Shown: positions 45,208 to 54,311 of the stretch, in pieces
Numbering within the stretch: position 1 is the first letter of the stretch
How the letters are laid out: every line of letters starts with the position of its first letter
Assembly: GCA_945873125.1 (NCBI GenBank)
Contig: CAMCBV010000007.1
Coordinates: 5,342 to 69,341 of the forward strand
DNA length: 64,000 nucleotides
Reading direction: 5' to 3'
Source: Prosthecobacter debontii
GTDB lineage: Bacteria; Verrucomicrobiota; Verrucomicrobiia; Verrucomicrobiales; Akkermansiaceae
Program-made: the position numbers and the translations under genes
Notes under the pieces: model-generated
The model's database searches: none
What the model was told of the DNA's origin: nothing
Seen by the model: the letters and a program-made list of their open reading frames with translations, nothing else

Positions 45208-46719
45208 TTAATCCTTTAAGGTTTTCGCTAAAGCGATCGCGCGTAGCAGGGCTTTGGATTTATTGACGGTCTCGTTGTATTCGTAGGTTGGATCGGAATC
45301 GGCAACGACGCCGGCACCTGCTTGAACGTGGGCTTTGCCGTCTTTTAAAAGGCATGTGCGGAGGGTAATGCAGGAATCATGTGAGCCATCGTATCCGAAA
45401 TAACCGACGGCTCCCGCATAAGCGCAGCGTTTGTTTTTTTCGAGTGAGTTAATGATTTGCATGGCACGGATTTTCGGCGCTCCTGAAACCGTACCGGCAG
45501 GGAAGGTTGCGCGGAGTACATCATAGGCGGTGTGCGATGGATCGAGTTCACCAGTGACGTTGGAAACGATGTGCATGACATGGCTGTAACGCTCGATGAT
45601 CATGAAATCATCGACAGAAACCTTACCATGTTTGGCGATGCGTCCGACATCGTTGCGGGCGAGATCAACCAGCATCAGATGTTCCGCTCGCTCTTTCGGA
45701 TCATTGAGAAGATCGGCCGCGAGAGCATCGTCTTCTTCAGCTGTTTTTCCTCTCCAACGAGTGCCGGCGATTGGGCGGATATCGATGCGACCCTGAATGG
45801 AGCGAACATGCACTTCTGGCGATGAACCGACGAGTGCGAAGTCACCCATTTCCAAAACGAACATGTAAGGGGATGGATTGACGTAACGCAGTGCTCGATA
45901 GAGGTCGACAGGTGATTGATCGAAGTCCGTAGTGAAACGTTGGCTGGGAACAAATTGGAAAATATCGCCTGCAGAGATGAATTCTTTCCCGTCGCGCACC
46001 ATCTGTTCATATTCTGCCTGAGTGGTATTGGAAACCGCAGGCTCATCGGTGATTTCCACTAACCCATTGAGCGCTGGGACGTGAAGGGGACGGTTGAGAA
46101 TTTCAATGATCGAATGAATGCGTCCTGATGCGGCGGCGTAGGCTTCTGCCGGTGAAGCGTGTTCGTCCAGAAACGCATTTGCGATGATATGCAAACGGCG
46201 CAGGCGGTGGTCAAATACCAACAAGGTATCCGCGAGCATGAACAATGCATCCGGCACGCCGAGTGAATCTGGTGGCGAATCGCCGAGGGTGGGTTCAAAC
46301 TGTCTCACCGCATCATAGGCGAGGTAGCCGACCATGCCGCCGGAGAAGGGTGGCAGGGCAGGGTTGGGGACGGGATGGAACGGGGCCATCTCTCGCTCCA
46401 ACGCGGCGAGCACATCATCCGGTGCTTGAAGCGTGCGCAGCTTGCTTCCTTCTGTGATGGTGATGTCTTTTCCCTTTGCTGAAAAAATCCGTTTCGGACC
46501 CGAGCCGACTATTGACCACCGACCGCCCTTGTCCGTCGCTTCAGCAGACTCCAATAGGAACGAATACTTGGCATCACGGATTTTCAGATAAGCAGAGAGG
46601 GGAGTTTCGAAATCGGCAGCAAGTTGGGTATATACCGGAACAACGTTTCCTTGTTTGGAAAACGCTTCGAAGGCTGCCAAGGATGGCTCTACAGGATTGT
46701 GACTCACAAGCGAGAGCAT
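45208..46719 (-). CDS. trpE: Anthranilate synthase component I
   Basis: DFETPLSAY, SFLLESAE, GDIFQFVPSQRF, NPSPYM, SSPE, PIAGTR, EHLMLVDLARND, PAGTVSGAPK, QAGAGVVADS. Confidence 0.95.
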   Translation of the reverse strand: MLSLVSHNPVEPSLAAFEAFSKQGNVVPVYTQLAADFETPLSAYLKIRDAKYSFLLESAEATDKGGRWSIVGSGPKRIFSAKGKDITITEGSKLRTLQAPDDVLAALEREMAPFHPVPNPALPPFSGGMVGYLAYDAVRQFEPTLGDSPPDSLGVPDALFMLADTLLVFDHRLRRLHIIANAFLDEHASPAEAYAAASGRIHSIIEILNRPLHVPALNGLVEITDEPAVSNTTQAEYEQMVRDGKEFISAGDIFQFVPSQRFTTDFDQSPVDLYRALRYVNPSPYMFVLEMGDFALVGSSPEVHVRSIQGRIDIRPIAGTRWRGKTAEEDDALAADLLNDPKERAEHLMLVDLARNDVGRIAKHGKVSVDDFMIIERYSHVMHIVSNVTGELDPSHTAYDVLRATFPAGTVSGAPKIRAMQIINSLEKNKRCAYAGAVGYFGYDGSHDSCITLRTCLLKDGKAHVQAGAGVVADSDPTYEYNETVNKSKALLRAIALAKTLKD

Positions 46720-46873
46720 GAAATGAAAAGGGGTTGGAGGTCAATGGCGGGCATTCGGGTAGTTATTTTCATGATCAGACCAAGGTTTCGATATCTCATA
46801 CGGCGCAGAACTGGGCCTTGTCATCCATGTCAATCCAACGACAGAGCTTCAATGCTTGTGATCATGAACCGTC

Positions 46874-46909
46874 TTACAATCTTTGTCATGGCCGTGACAA
46901 AGATTGTAA
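46874..46909. promoter_or_regulatory. Perfect 15-bp inverted repeat in the divergent trpE / ATP-grasp promoter region
   Basis: TTACAATCTTTGTCA-TGGCCG-TGACAAAGATTGTAA. Confidence 0.6.
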
Positions 46910-47012
46910 ATTGCGAATTTTCATGGTTTGCGGTTCATTTGAATTTCCAATGGTTTTTTTTGTTTAAGGCATGGCGACTTGCAAAAATGCGTTTCGGAGA
47001 TGAGGCTCCGGC

Positions 47013-48296
47013 GTGGCCATTGCATTGCATGATTTGATGAAAAAACTGCCGGAAGGCGGATTGTTTGGTGGCGGTTCGTGGCAGTGGTCGCCTGAGCCTT
47101 TGAAGCTTACTGTAGCAGAGGCTAAGGAAATGATGTCAATGGGGCATCCCCTTGCGAAGTTTCAACAAGCTTGTGATTCGCTCTACCGGCGCTCGGCTGC
47201 GGGAAAAATCGAATCATGGCTGTCGCATTTGTTAGACGAGGGCAAGCCAGACTGGCTGGCAAAGCTTCAACGGGACCCGGGGCTGACAGAACAATTTCCC
47301 CGAGTGATTCGTCCCGATTTGATACTTGCGAAAGGTCATTTTGCGCTCACCGAGCTTGACAGTGTCCCGGGAGGAATCGGCATTACCGCATGGCTTTCAA
47401 AGACCTATGCTGAGGCAGGTTTTGAGGTTTTGGGTGGCTCCGATGGTATGTTGGAAGGCTTCCGCAAGCTGCTCCCGGATGGAGGAGATATTCTGGTTTC
47501 TGAGGAAGCAAAGGATTATCGGGCGGAAATGACATGGCTGGCAAAGCAACTCGGTGTGGCATGGAATGTGAAAAATGCTGAGGAATACGAGGAGTGTGGT
47601 CGAGAGATGTATCGGTTCTTTGAGTTGTTTGATTGGGAGTCGATGCCGTATTCGCGAAAGCTGGCTGAGAAATCGGCGCGGGGTGAGGCGATCCTAACCC
47701 CTCCGTTCAAGGCGCATTTGGAGGACAAGCTCTGGCTTGCGCTGTTTTGGTCGCCTGCCTTGAAAAAGATCTGGGAGCAATCTCTGCGTGGAAGTCATTT
47801 GCGGAGATTAAGGGAATGGATTCCGTTCGGTTGGGTTGTTGATCCTCAACCGCTACCGCCTCACGCCTCACTGCCGCGCCTCGATGCGCATTCTTGGGAT
47901 GATGTTGGGGATTTTTCCCAAAAAGAAAGGGAATTGGTTTTGAAAATCAGCGGCTTTCATGAGACCGCTTGGGGATCTCGAGGGGTGTTTGTCGGACATG
48001 ATCTTTCTGCCATGGAGTGGCAGGAAAGGTTGCGGTTTGCGCTCTCAGAATCCGGCAAGCAACCTTGGTTGATGCAGGAATTCAAAGAGGGCAGGCGGTT
48101 TATGCATCCGGTTTTCAATGAAGACGGTAGCGTCAGAATGATCGAAGTGCGGGCTAGGTTGTGTCCTTACTTTTTTACAGACAAACAAGGGGAAACTACT
48201 TTTGGCGGCTGCTTGGCCACCTTGGTTCCCGCGGACAAGAAAAAAATCCACGGCATGAGCGACGGGATATTGGTGCCTTGTGTGATTGGGGAGTGA
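47013..48296 (+). CDS. ATP-grasp-like protein (glutathionylspermidine synthase / circularly permuted ATP-grasp-like)
   Basis: IRPDLIL...LTELDSVPGGIG, HLEDKLWLA, LVLKISG...WGSRGVFVG, WLMQEF, RLCPY. Confidence 0.65.
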   Translation: MAIALHDLMKKLPEGGLFGGGSWQWSPEPLKLTVAEAKEMMSMGHPLAKFQQACDSLYRRSAAGKIESWLSHLLDEGKPDWLAKLQRDPGLTEQFPRVIRPDLILAKGHFALTELDSVPGGIGITAWLSKTYAEAGFEVLGGSDGMLEGFRKLLPDGGDILVSEEAKDYRAEMTWLAKQLGVAWNVKNAEEYEECGREMYRFFELFDWESMPYSRKLAEKSARGEAILTPPFKAHLEDKLWLALFWSPALKKIWEQSLRGSHLRRLREWIPFGWVVDPQPLPPHASLPRLDAHSWDDVGDFSQKERELVLKISGFHETAWGSRGVFVGHDLSAMEWQERLRFALSESGKQPWLMQEFKEGRRFMHPVFNEDGSVRMIEVRARLCPYFFTDKQGETTFGGCLATLVPADKKKIHGMSDGILVPCVIGE

Positions 48297-48321
48297 CCAT
48301 TTCACGGCACCCAGATTGGGC

Positions 48322-48744
48322 TTACCAAAGATTCCTTTTACGCCATGTCGTTTTTGGTAGCCATGTGATTTGTTCTGCTTTTGTGGAAAAACATCTGCCT
48401 TCCATCACACGAGTGCGAACCAATGGTTCCAGGTCTTTGAAGGATTTCGCATGGGAACCTATTTTCATGCCGATCCGGTTATTATGACGGTCCATCGCGC
48501 CGCTCGCTGAAGTTTTTGATTCCATGACGAAGGTTGTGACATTGACGGCCCATTCGCCCAATGTGTGCGAGACGATCGCACTTGCCAGCGTATGCCGATA
48601 CGCATCCAGTGGCCCGTTTTTTCCTCCTTCGAGGTCAGATTGGAAAACACAGGTCCACGTGTAGATCAGTATGCACAGGGGGTATATGCCAAGGATGAAG
48701 ACTATCGCGGCTAGTTTGAGAAAGAGTTTACGTTTTTTCTTCAT
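48322..48744 (-). CDS. Hypothetical membrane-anchored protein (DUF6973-like)
   Basis: N-terminal TM helix, then the LDAYRH...MDRHNNRIG motif pair. Confidence 0.6.
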   Translation of the reverse strand: MKKKRKLFLKLAAIVFILGIYPLCILIYTWTCVFQSDLEGGKNGPLDAYRHTLASAIVSHTLGEWAVNVTTFVMESKTSASGAMDRHNNRIGMKIGSHAKSFKDLEPLVRTRVMEGRCFSTKAEQITWLPKTTWRKRNLW

Positions 48745-48804
48745 TGAATGAAGAACCGTTTGTTGTTTCCGAGTTTAATACAGCAGCTGAAGATCACCAC
48801 CCAG

Positions 48805-50484
48805 TTATCTGTGGGCATGCTCGATCGCATCACAGATGGCAGGGAAGATTTGACGTTTGCGGGAGACGACGCCGGGTGCCGAATAGAGAGTGTCATCAAT
48901 GCGGCTGAAGGGAAGAGCGGCGATGATGTTCTCAGGGCCCACCGCAAGAACCATGCTTTTGAGGAGTGCGACATCGGTGATAACGAGAACCGCAATGTTA
49001 TAGCCTTTTTCAAACTGAAGCTTGCGCAGGGCGATTTCAAGCTCTTCGCGCCGAGCTTTGAATCCGTGAAGGTCGCGTTCCTCGACTTGAGAGACGCTGA
49101 TGAACATGCCTTGTTCATTGAACTCCTTGCGGTCCGTGTTGATGATTTCATCAGCTGTGCCGTTGGCGATGAGTGATCCAACTGCAAAAAATTCCTCTGC
49201 GAACTCCTTGGCGTCAACGCGCGCGATTTCGCTAAGCCAAGTCAGCATTTTACGATCCAGAGTTGTGGTCGTTGGTGATGTCAGGCAAAGGGTGTCGGAT
49301 ACGATGCCGCCACATAGGCACAGGGCGACGCCAGGCTCGGGAATGAGATCCCTGTGGAAAAACTTACGCGCGACGAGCGTGCATGTTGATCCTACCGGTT
49401 CGTTGAGGTAACGAATCGGTTCACGCGACACCAAATCGCCAGAGAGACGGTGGTGATCAATCACTTCCGTAATCGTGGCCTCCTCGATGCCTGTAACGGC
49501 TTGAGCGTATTCGTTGTGATCGACGAGAGCGAAGCGGAGTTTCGGAGGATCGACCAAGTCCGACTTTGCGATCACGCCTATCATGGCGTCCGAGCCGGAT
49601 TCCATTACAGGAAATAGGTCTTGATCGACTGTGACGAGTTCTTTGCGGATTTTGGAGACGGGTTCTTTCGAGTTTACCGAAATAAATTTCGTTTCCATGA
49701 CGTGGCGCACGGTGCGTGAGCACCGGATCAGCGTACTGGCACTTGCCGTGTCTTGTCGGCAACGTAATAGCACCGTTCCCTTGGCAATGGCAAAGTCTAG
49801 AATTTCCTTGGAAATGCTATTATTGCCTGTCACCAACAAGGCACGAGCACCTGACTCAATGGCCAACCGCTGGACGATGGGTCTATCACCGCAGATCACC
49901 AGGAAGTTACGAATGTTGCCTTCCTCAGTCGCCTTTTTGAGACGGGATTTAACCGTGTCTTGGGAAGACGCGCCGACGAGCAGAATGAGATCTTCCTCAT
50001 CGTCCTGTTTACTGATCTGCGCACCCAAACTTTCCGCATCAAGGGTTGCGGCCAGATTGTTTAGTGAAGCATGAACCGTCCGCACACTGATGCCCTGGGT
50101 GTTTGCTGGCAGAAGAAGCTTGAGAAGGTTGATGTATTGCAGCATTCCCGCAACCGTACCATCTTCATTCATCACCGGAACGCAGCGAATCGATGCGTTA
50201 AACATGCGGTTGTAGGCAGTGAGGAATGTATCATAAGGATGTACGTAAATGACGTCGCGTTTGCAGATCATCCCGGCGTTGGTGCGGGCGTCGGTGAGAA
50301 GTTCGGGGGCATCGAAGCCTGCTTTTTCGAGAACCCATTTGGTGCGTTGCGAAATATCACCGCAACGTGCCGCTATTGCATTTGGTTCATCACCACAGGC
50401 ACGAAGAAGTGCAGCATGACCCAAAGCGGAACATACCGCATCGGTGTCAGGGTTTTTGTGTCCGATGACGTAAAAAGGGAACAT
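48805..50484 (-). CDS. ppaC: Mn-dependent (family II) inorganic pyrophosphatase with CBS and DRTGG domains
   Basis: GHKNPDTDA, a CBS pair, an LVICGDR DRTGG-like insert, LVDHNE, IDHH, PVGSTCT, SDTL, VVSRKRQ. Confidence 0.92.
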   Translation of the reverse strand: MFPFYVIGHKNPDTDAVCSALGHAALLRACGDEPNAIAARCGDISQRTKWVLEKAGFDAPELLTDARTNAGMICKRDVIYVHPYDTFLTAYNRMFNASIRCVPVMNEDGTVAGMLQYINLLKLLLPANTQGISVRTVHASLNNLAATLDAESLGAQISKQDDEEDLILLVGASSQDTVKSRLKKATEEGNIRNFLVICGDRPIVQRLAIESGARALLVTGNNSISKEILDFAIAKGTVLLRCRQDTASASTLIRCSRTVRHVMETKFISVNSKEPVSKIRKELVTVDQDLFPVMESGSDAMIGVIAKSDLVDPPKLRFALVDHNEYAQAVTGIEEATITEVIDHHRLSGDLVSREPIRYLNEPVGSTCTLVARKFFHRDLIPEPGVALCLCGGIVSDTLCLTSPTTTTLDRKMLTWLSEIARVDAKEFAEEFFAVGSLIANGTADEIINTDRKEFNEQGMFISVSQVEERDLHGFKARREELEIALRKLQFEKGYNIAVLVITDVALLKSMVLAVGPENIIAALPFSRIDDTLYSAPGVVSRKRQIFPAICDAIEHAHR

Positions 50485-50519
50485 CCCAATATCTTTTATA
50501 GATGCTTACAAAAGTGCAA

Positions 50520-50616
50520 TCTTAAATCTCAAGTTTCAAAGTTCAAATTTCAAGGAAAGACATAGGAATAGAAACGAATCCCCAGAGTTGCCTGAAAGTT
50601 GGAATCTAAAGTTTCA
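50520..50616. repeat. Heptamer arrays between ppaC and argS
   Basis: tcttaaa tctcaag tttcaaa gttcaaa tttcaag (50520-50554), and a partly inverted cctgaaa gttggaa tctaaag tttca (50591-50616) overlapping the argS stop. Confidence 0.72.
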
Positions 50617-52359
50617 CATTCTTTCTGGGCAACGAATCCCTAGAAGCCCTAAGCCTTGTTCCAGGATCGTGGAGGTGAGCTTGCATAGGGCGAGGCGGCT
50701 TGATTTGAGAGGTTCTTCGGACTTGAGGACCGGACATGCCTCAAAGAAGGAATGGAAGGCACGTGCGAGCTCCAGGAGATAGTTGGCCAGCAAATTGGGA
50801 CGATGATCTTCGATCACCATGGGCAGCACCTCTCCAAAACGGGCAAGCAGGCGGGCGAGATGGATTTCCTCGGGCTGTTCCAGTTGAATCGTTGAGGTAT
50901 TGGCATCAAACGGCCCGTCCAGTTTTCGGAAAATGGAACGGATACGGACCGTTGAATATTGCAGATAGGGAGCCGTATCGCCCTGCAGCGCGAGCATGCG
51001 ATCCCATGCAAAAACATAATCGGTCAGGCGATTCTGTGAAAGTTCGGCGAATTTCACTGCGCCAATTCCTACGATTTCGGCGATTTCCTCAGCTTCCTTG
51101 CCTTGGAGCTCAGGATTTTTTTCAGCAATGGCAGCCGCGGCGCGTTCGACCGCTTCTTCGAGCACTTCAGTCAGGCCTACATTTTCGCCGGAGCGGGTTT
51201 TCATGAGTTTGCGATCCTCACCCAGAATCGAGCCGAAGGCGATATGGCGGAAGTCGCCGGTTTTGCCCCAACGTTGCGCTGCTTCGAAAATCTGGCGAAA
51301 ATGGAGTTGTTGAGGAACGCCGACGACATACCAGATCTGATCCGCGTTCCATGTATCGATGCGGTATTGGATAGTGGCGAGATCGGTGGTGGCGTAGAGA
51401 AATCCACCATCGGCCTTGCGGATGATGGCCGGGTTATCGGTCCAGCCGTCTTCGCGATGGACTTTGAAAGGATCCTGGCTGGGATCTTTCGAGTTATCGG
51501 AAAACACACACACCGCGCCATTGCTTTCACGCGCGATGCCGTTTTCGAGAAACTCATCGACCAAGCCGGGTAGCATGTCGTTATAGAAACTCTCGCCCAG
51601 CCAGTGATCGAATTTTACATCCAGACGATCGTAAATTTTCTGAAGACCTACCTTTGATAGATCGATGCATTTCTGCCAGATTGCTAGGTTTTCGGGATCG
51701 CCGGCTTGGAGTTTGACCAATTCATTTTTGCAAGTTTCCAGAACTACGGGGTTTTCTTTGGTGGCGAAGTTGACCTCACGATAGACGCGGACAAGCTCCT
51801 TGATCGGATCCTGTTCCAGCGCCACGTTATTGAGCATGGTTTTCCAACCATGGAGAATCATACCAAACTGTGTGCCCCAGTCACCAATGTGGTTGTCGGC
51901 AATCACTTCAAAGCCAAGGAAACGCGCGATGCGGCAGAGGGAATCGCCGATGATTGTCGAGCGGATATGTCCGACGTGCATGGGCTTGGCGACATTCGGG
52001 GCAGAGAAATCCACGACGATACGCTTGCCTTTTCCGAGTTCAGGCGCACCGAGACGTGGATCTTTCAGTAATTCCTCGGCGTAAGCGGAGTAGGCTTCCG
52101 GAAGAATAGTGAAATTGATGAAGCCCGGGCCATCGATTTTGGCGGTTGCGAGTCCAGCGATATCAACAGAATCGAGGATTTGTTGGGCGAGGGCACGAGG
52201 ATTGGATTTCATCCGTTTTGCCAGAACCATCGCGGAATTGCTCTGGTAATCCCCGAAACGGAGATCGGCTGCTGCCATGAGATTGGGTGGGGTCGGCTCG
52301 CCAAGCACGGCTTCAAGAGCGACAGCGAGGCGGGTTTCAAGATTCTGTAAAAGGGTCAT
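50614..52359 (-). CDS. argS: Arginine--tRNA ligase
   Basis: FGDYQSN, GPGFINF, VDFSAPNVAKPMHVGHIRSTIIGD, HIGDWGTQFGM, LMKTRSG, GDTAPYLQYS. Confidence 0.97.
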   Translation of the reverse strand: MTLLQNLETRLAVALEAVLGEPTPPNLMAAADLRFGDYQSNSAMVLAKRMKSNPRALAQQILDSVDIAGLATAKIDGPGFINFTILPEAYSAYAEELLKDPRLGAPELGKGKRIVVDFSAPNVAKPMHVGHIRSTIIGDSLCRIARFLGFEVIADNHIGDWGTQFGMILHGWKTMLNNVALEQDPIKELVRVYREVNFATKENPVVLETCKNELVKLQAGDPENLAIWQKCIDLSKVGLQKIYDRLDVKFDHWLGESFYNDMLPGLVDEFLENGIARESNGAVCVFSDNSKDPSQDPFKVHREDGWTDNPAIIRKADGGFLYATTDLATIQYRIDTWNADQIWYVVGVPQQLHFRQIFEAAQRWGKTGDFRHIAFGSILGEDRKLMKTRSGENVGLTEVLEEAVERAAAAIAEKNPELQGKEAEEIAEIVGIGAVKFAELSQNRLTDYVFAWDRMLALQGDTAPYLQYSTVRIRSIFRKLDGPFDANTSTIQLEQPEEIHLARLLARFGEVLPMVIEDHRPNLLANYLLELARAFHSFFEACPVLKSEEPLKSSRLALCKLTSTILEQGLGLLGIRCPERM

Positions 52360-52383
52360 GGGTAAAAACGAAAAGAAATTTGG

Positions 52384-52512
52384 AGCACCGATGAACGCAG
52401 ATAAACAAGGAGAATTAAAGAGTTATGAATATTTTTCTTTGAACCGTTCATTAAGTAGGAAATTTCTTTGAAATCTCTTAGAATCCTTCTCCATCAGTGT
52501 TCGCTGGCGGTC
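52384..52512. repeat. Degenerate decamer-arm inverted element between argS and the PTS IIA gene
   Basis: The left arm is agcaccgatgaacgcagataaacaaggaga. A weak right arm reads tccttctccatcagtgttcgctggcggt. The core is AT-rich. Confidence 0.45.
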
Positions 52513-52577
52513 CGATGGAAAAATCTTGGCTGATGAAAAAAGGCTGACGGGAAAGGAGAAAGATCGTCGGACCCGAC

Positions 52578-53066
52578 TCAGCAAGGCTCTTTGTCAGCCT
52601 TTGAACGTATGGCTTTTGGATCGAGAATTTCCAAAATTTCATCGCGAGTCACGGCGGCGGATAGTCTGCGCCTGACTTCCATGTTGGTGAACATTTTTGC
52701 AATCGCTGAGAGGGTGCGAAGGTGGAGTTGATAGTCTTTCCGAGGAACGATGAACAAGATGATGAAATGCACCGGAGAATGATCGAGAGCATTGAATTCG
52801 ATGCCTTCTTTTGAGCGTCCGAAAATGGCGACGACTTTTTCCAGATCATCGGAAAACGTGTGTGGGATGGCCAAGCCTGTGCCGATGCCCGTGCTGATTT
52901 GTGCCTCACGCTCCTGAAGGGCTTTGAGGATGTCGTTGTAGCAGTTTTTCGGGATATCACCGCACTCGGTGAGGAAATCTACAAGTTCAAGAATCGCAGG
53001 CCAATGCTCGGTCGCTTTCATATCCAAAAGGATATGATTTGTATCGAGTAATTTCCCTAAATTCAT
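52578..53066 (-). CDS. PTS IIA domain protein (EIIA-Ntr/fructose type)
   Basis: ERE..ISTGIGTGLAIPH with the phosphorylatable His, FGRSKEGIEF.ALD..PVH, HLRTLSAIAK. Confidence 0.9.
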   Translation of the reverse strand: MNLGKLLDTNHILLDMKATEHWPAILELVDFLTECGDIPKNCYNDILKALQEREAQISTGIGTGLAIPHTFSDDLEKVVAIFGRSKEGIEFNALDHSPVHFIILFIVPRKDYQLHLRTLSAIAKMFTNMEVRRRLSAAVTRDEILEILDPKAIRSKADKEPC

Positions 53067-53195
53067 AAAAATCCGGTATTAAAAGAGAGTGTTTCTTGGC
53101 GCTTGGAGGGGGGTAGTTATCCATCCTGCGCAGGGGGTGCAAGAAGTTTTGCAAATTGTAAGTTGCCCAAAAGAGTACAAGATTCGTGTAATGGA

Positions 53196-53310
53196 GTGGC
53201 ATTCCGCCACAGGCTCTGGACTGCTGCGGTTTTGATCCGCAGCTCTTAAGGTGCATGAATTCAAACCGAGAACCTCGGTTACATCCTTGATTTTAGGATT
53301 ACTTAACCTT
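53196..53310. ncRNA. Candidate structured RNA (four consecutive hairpins)
   Basis: GTGGC/GCCAC, GCTGCGG/CCGCAGC, AACCGAG/CTCGGTT and ATCCT/AGGAT. AAGGT/ACCTT closes the last two hairpins. Confidence 0.4.
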
Positions 53311-53357
53311 GCATCATGGCTCTCCCAACGGCATGGAGAGGGGCGCAGAGCGAACAC

Positions 53358-54311
53358 ATGACCCGAACAGACAAAGAAATCATCATTGGCACGCGTGGCA
53401 GCGAACTGGCATTGGTGCAGGCCACGGCGACCCAAGGCTTGTTGTCTGGTAAATTTCCGGACTGGGTCATTAGCCGTAAAATCATCAAGACCACGGGCGA
53501 TCGCCGGACGGATGTGTCGCTGGCTGATGTGGCCAAGGCCGAGGGCACGTTTGATAAAGGTGTGTTCATCAAGGAGCTCGAAGAAGCGTTAGCCGATGGG
53601 TCGGTTGATATCGCGGTGCATAGTTTGAAAGACATGCCGACGGTAATCGATCCGAGATTCGAACTGGCAGTGACCCTTGAGCGCGCTCCGGTTCGCGATG
53701 TGCTGCTGACGAAACAAGCGGGTGGATTGCCCGCACTTAAAGCAGGTGCAAGAGTCGGCACCAGCAGTGTAAGGCGCGCGAAGCAGATCGCGTTTCTGCG
53801 GCCTGATCTGGTCTTGGTGGATCTTCGCGGAAATGTCCCCACCCGTATTGAAAAGCTCGCGCAAGGTGACGACTACGATGCGATCCTCTTGGCTGAGGCT
53901 GGTTTGATGAGGTTGGGGTTCATTCCGGAATCTCCAGAAAGCAACGAGGAGCGGGTTAGCGCATCGGTGCCGGTTTTTTGCACGCGATTGGCGGAGGATA
54001 TTTTTTTTCCCGCAGCAGGGCAGGGAGCAATTGGTTTGGAAATTCGCAAAGGTGATACTCGTTCACTGGAGCTCGCTATGGCGATCGGACATGCGGAAAC
54101 GTGGACCAAAGTTACCGCTGAGCGAGAGTTTTTGCGTTTGCTCGACGGTGGCTGCCATACGCCGGTCGGGGTATACTCCCATCTTTCCGGCGGTCAGATT
54201 CATCTTCACGCCCGCGTGTTTCCAGAAACCGGCGGGCAACCTAAAATCGGATCTGCTACAGACACCGATCCCATCAAAGCGGCACTCAAACTTTTTCAAT
54301 CCCTCAAATGA
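53358..54311 (+). CDS. hemC: Porphobilinogen deaminase (hydroxymethylbilane synthase)
   Basis: IIGTRGSELAL.Q, TTGD, KGVFIKELE, AVHSLKD, GTSSVRR, RGNVPTR, LDGGCHTP. An upstream ATG at 53316 is possible. Confidence 0.96.
   Translation: MTRTDKEIIIGTRGSELALVQATATQGLLSGKFPDWVISRKIIKTTGDRRTDVSLADVAKAEGTFDKGVFIKELEEALADGSVDIAVHSLKDMPTVIDPRFELAVTLERAPVRDVLLTKQAGGLPALKAGARVGTSSVRRAKQIAFLRPDLVLVDLRGNVPTRIEKLAQGDDYDAILLAEAGLMRLGFIPESPESNEERVSASVPVFCTRLAEDIFFPAAGQGAIGLEIRKGDTRSLELAMAIGHAETWTKVTAEREFLRLLDGGCHTPVGVYSHLSGGQIHLHARVFPETGGQPKIGSATDTDPIKAALKLFQSLK

Noticed and set aside
46720-47012. Trp attenuator or leader peptide upstream of trpE
   Set aside because: The short minus-strand ORFs checked (MITSIEALSLD*, MDDKAQFCAV*) contain no Trp codons, and no terminator/antiterminator pair was evident.
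48297-48804. DUF6973-like gene as a stray integron cassette
   Set aside because: GCCCAAT follows the stop codon, but there is no paired L boxes, no R' and no matching upstream core.
53079-53435. 118-aa minus-strand ORF upstream of the PTS IIA gene
   Set aside because: It overlaps the hemC 5' end, has no recognisable motif and has atypical composition. The region is better explained as a structured spacer.
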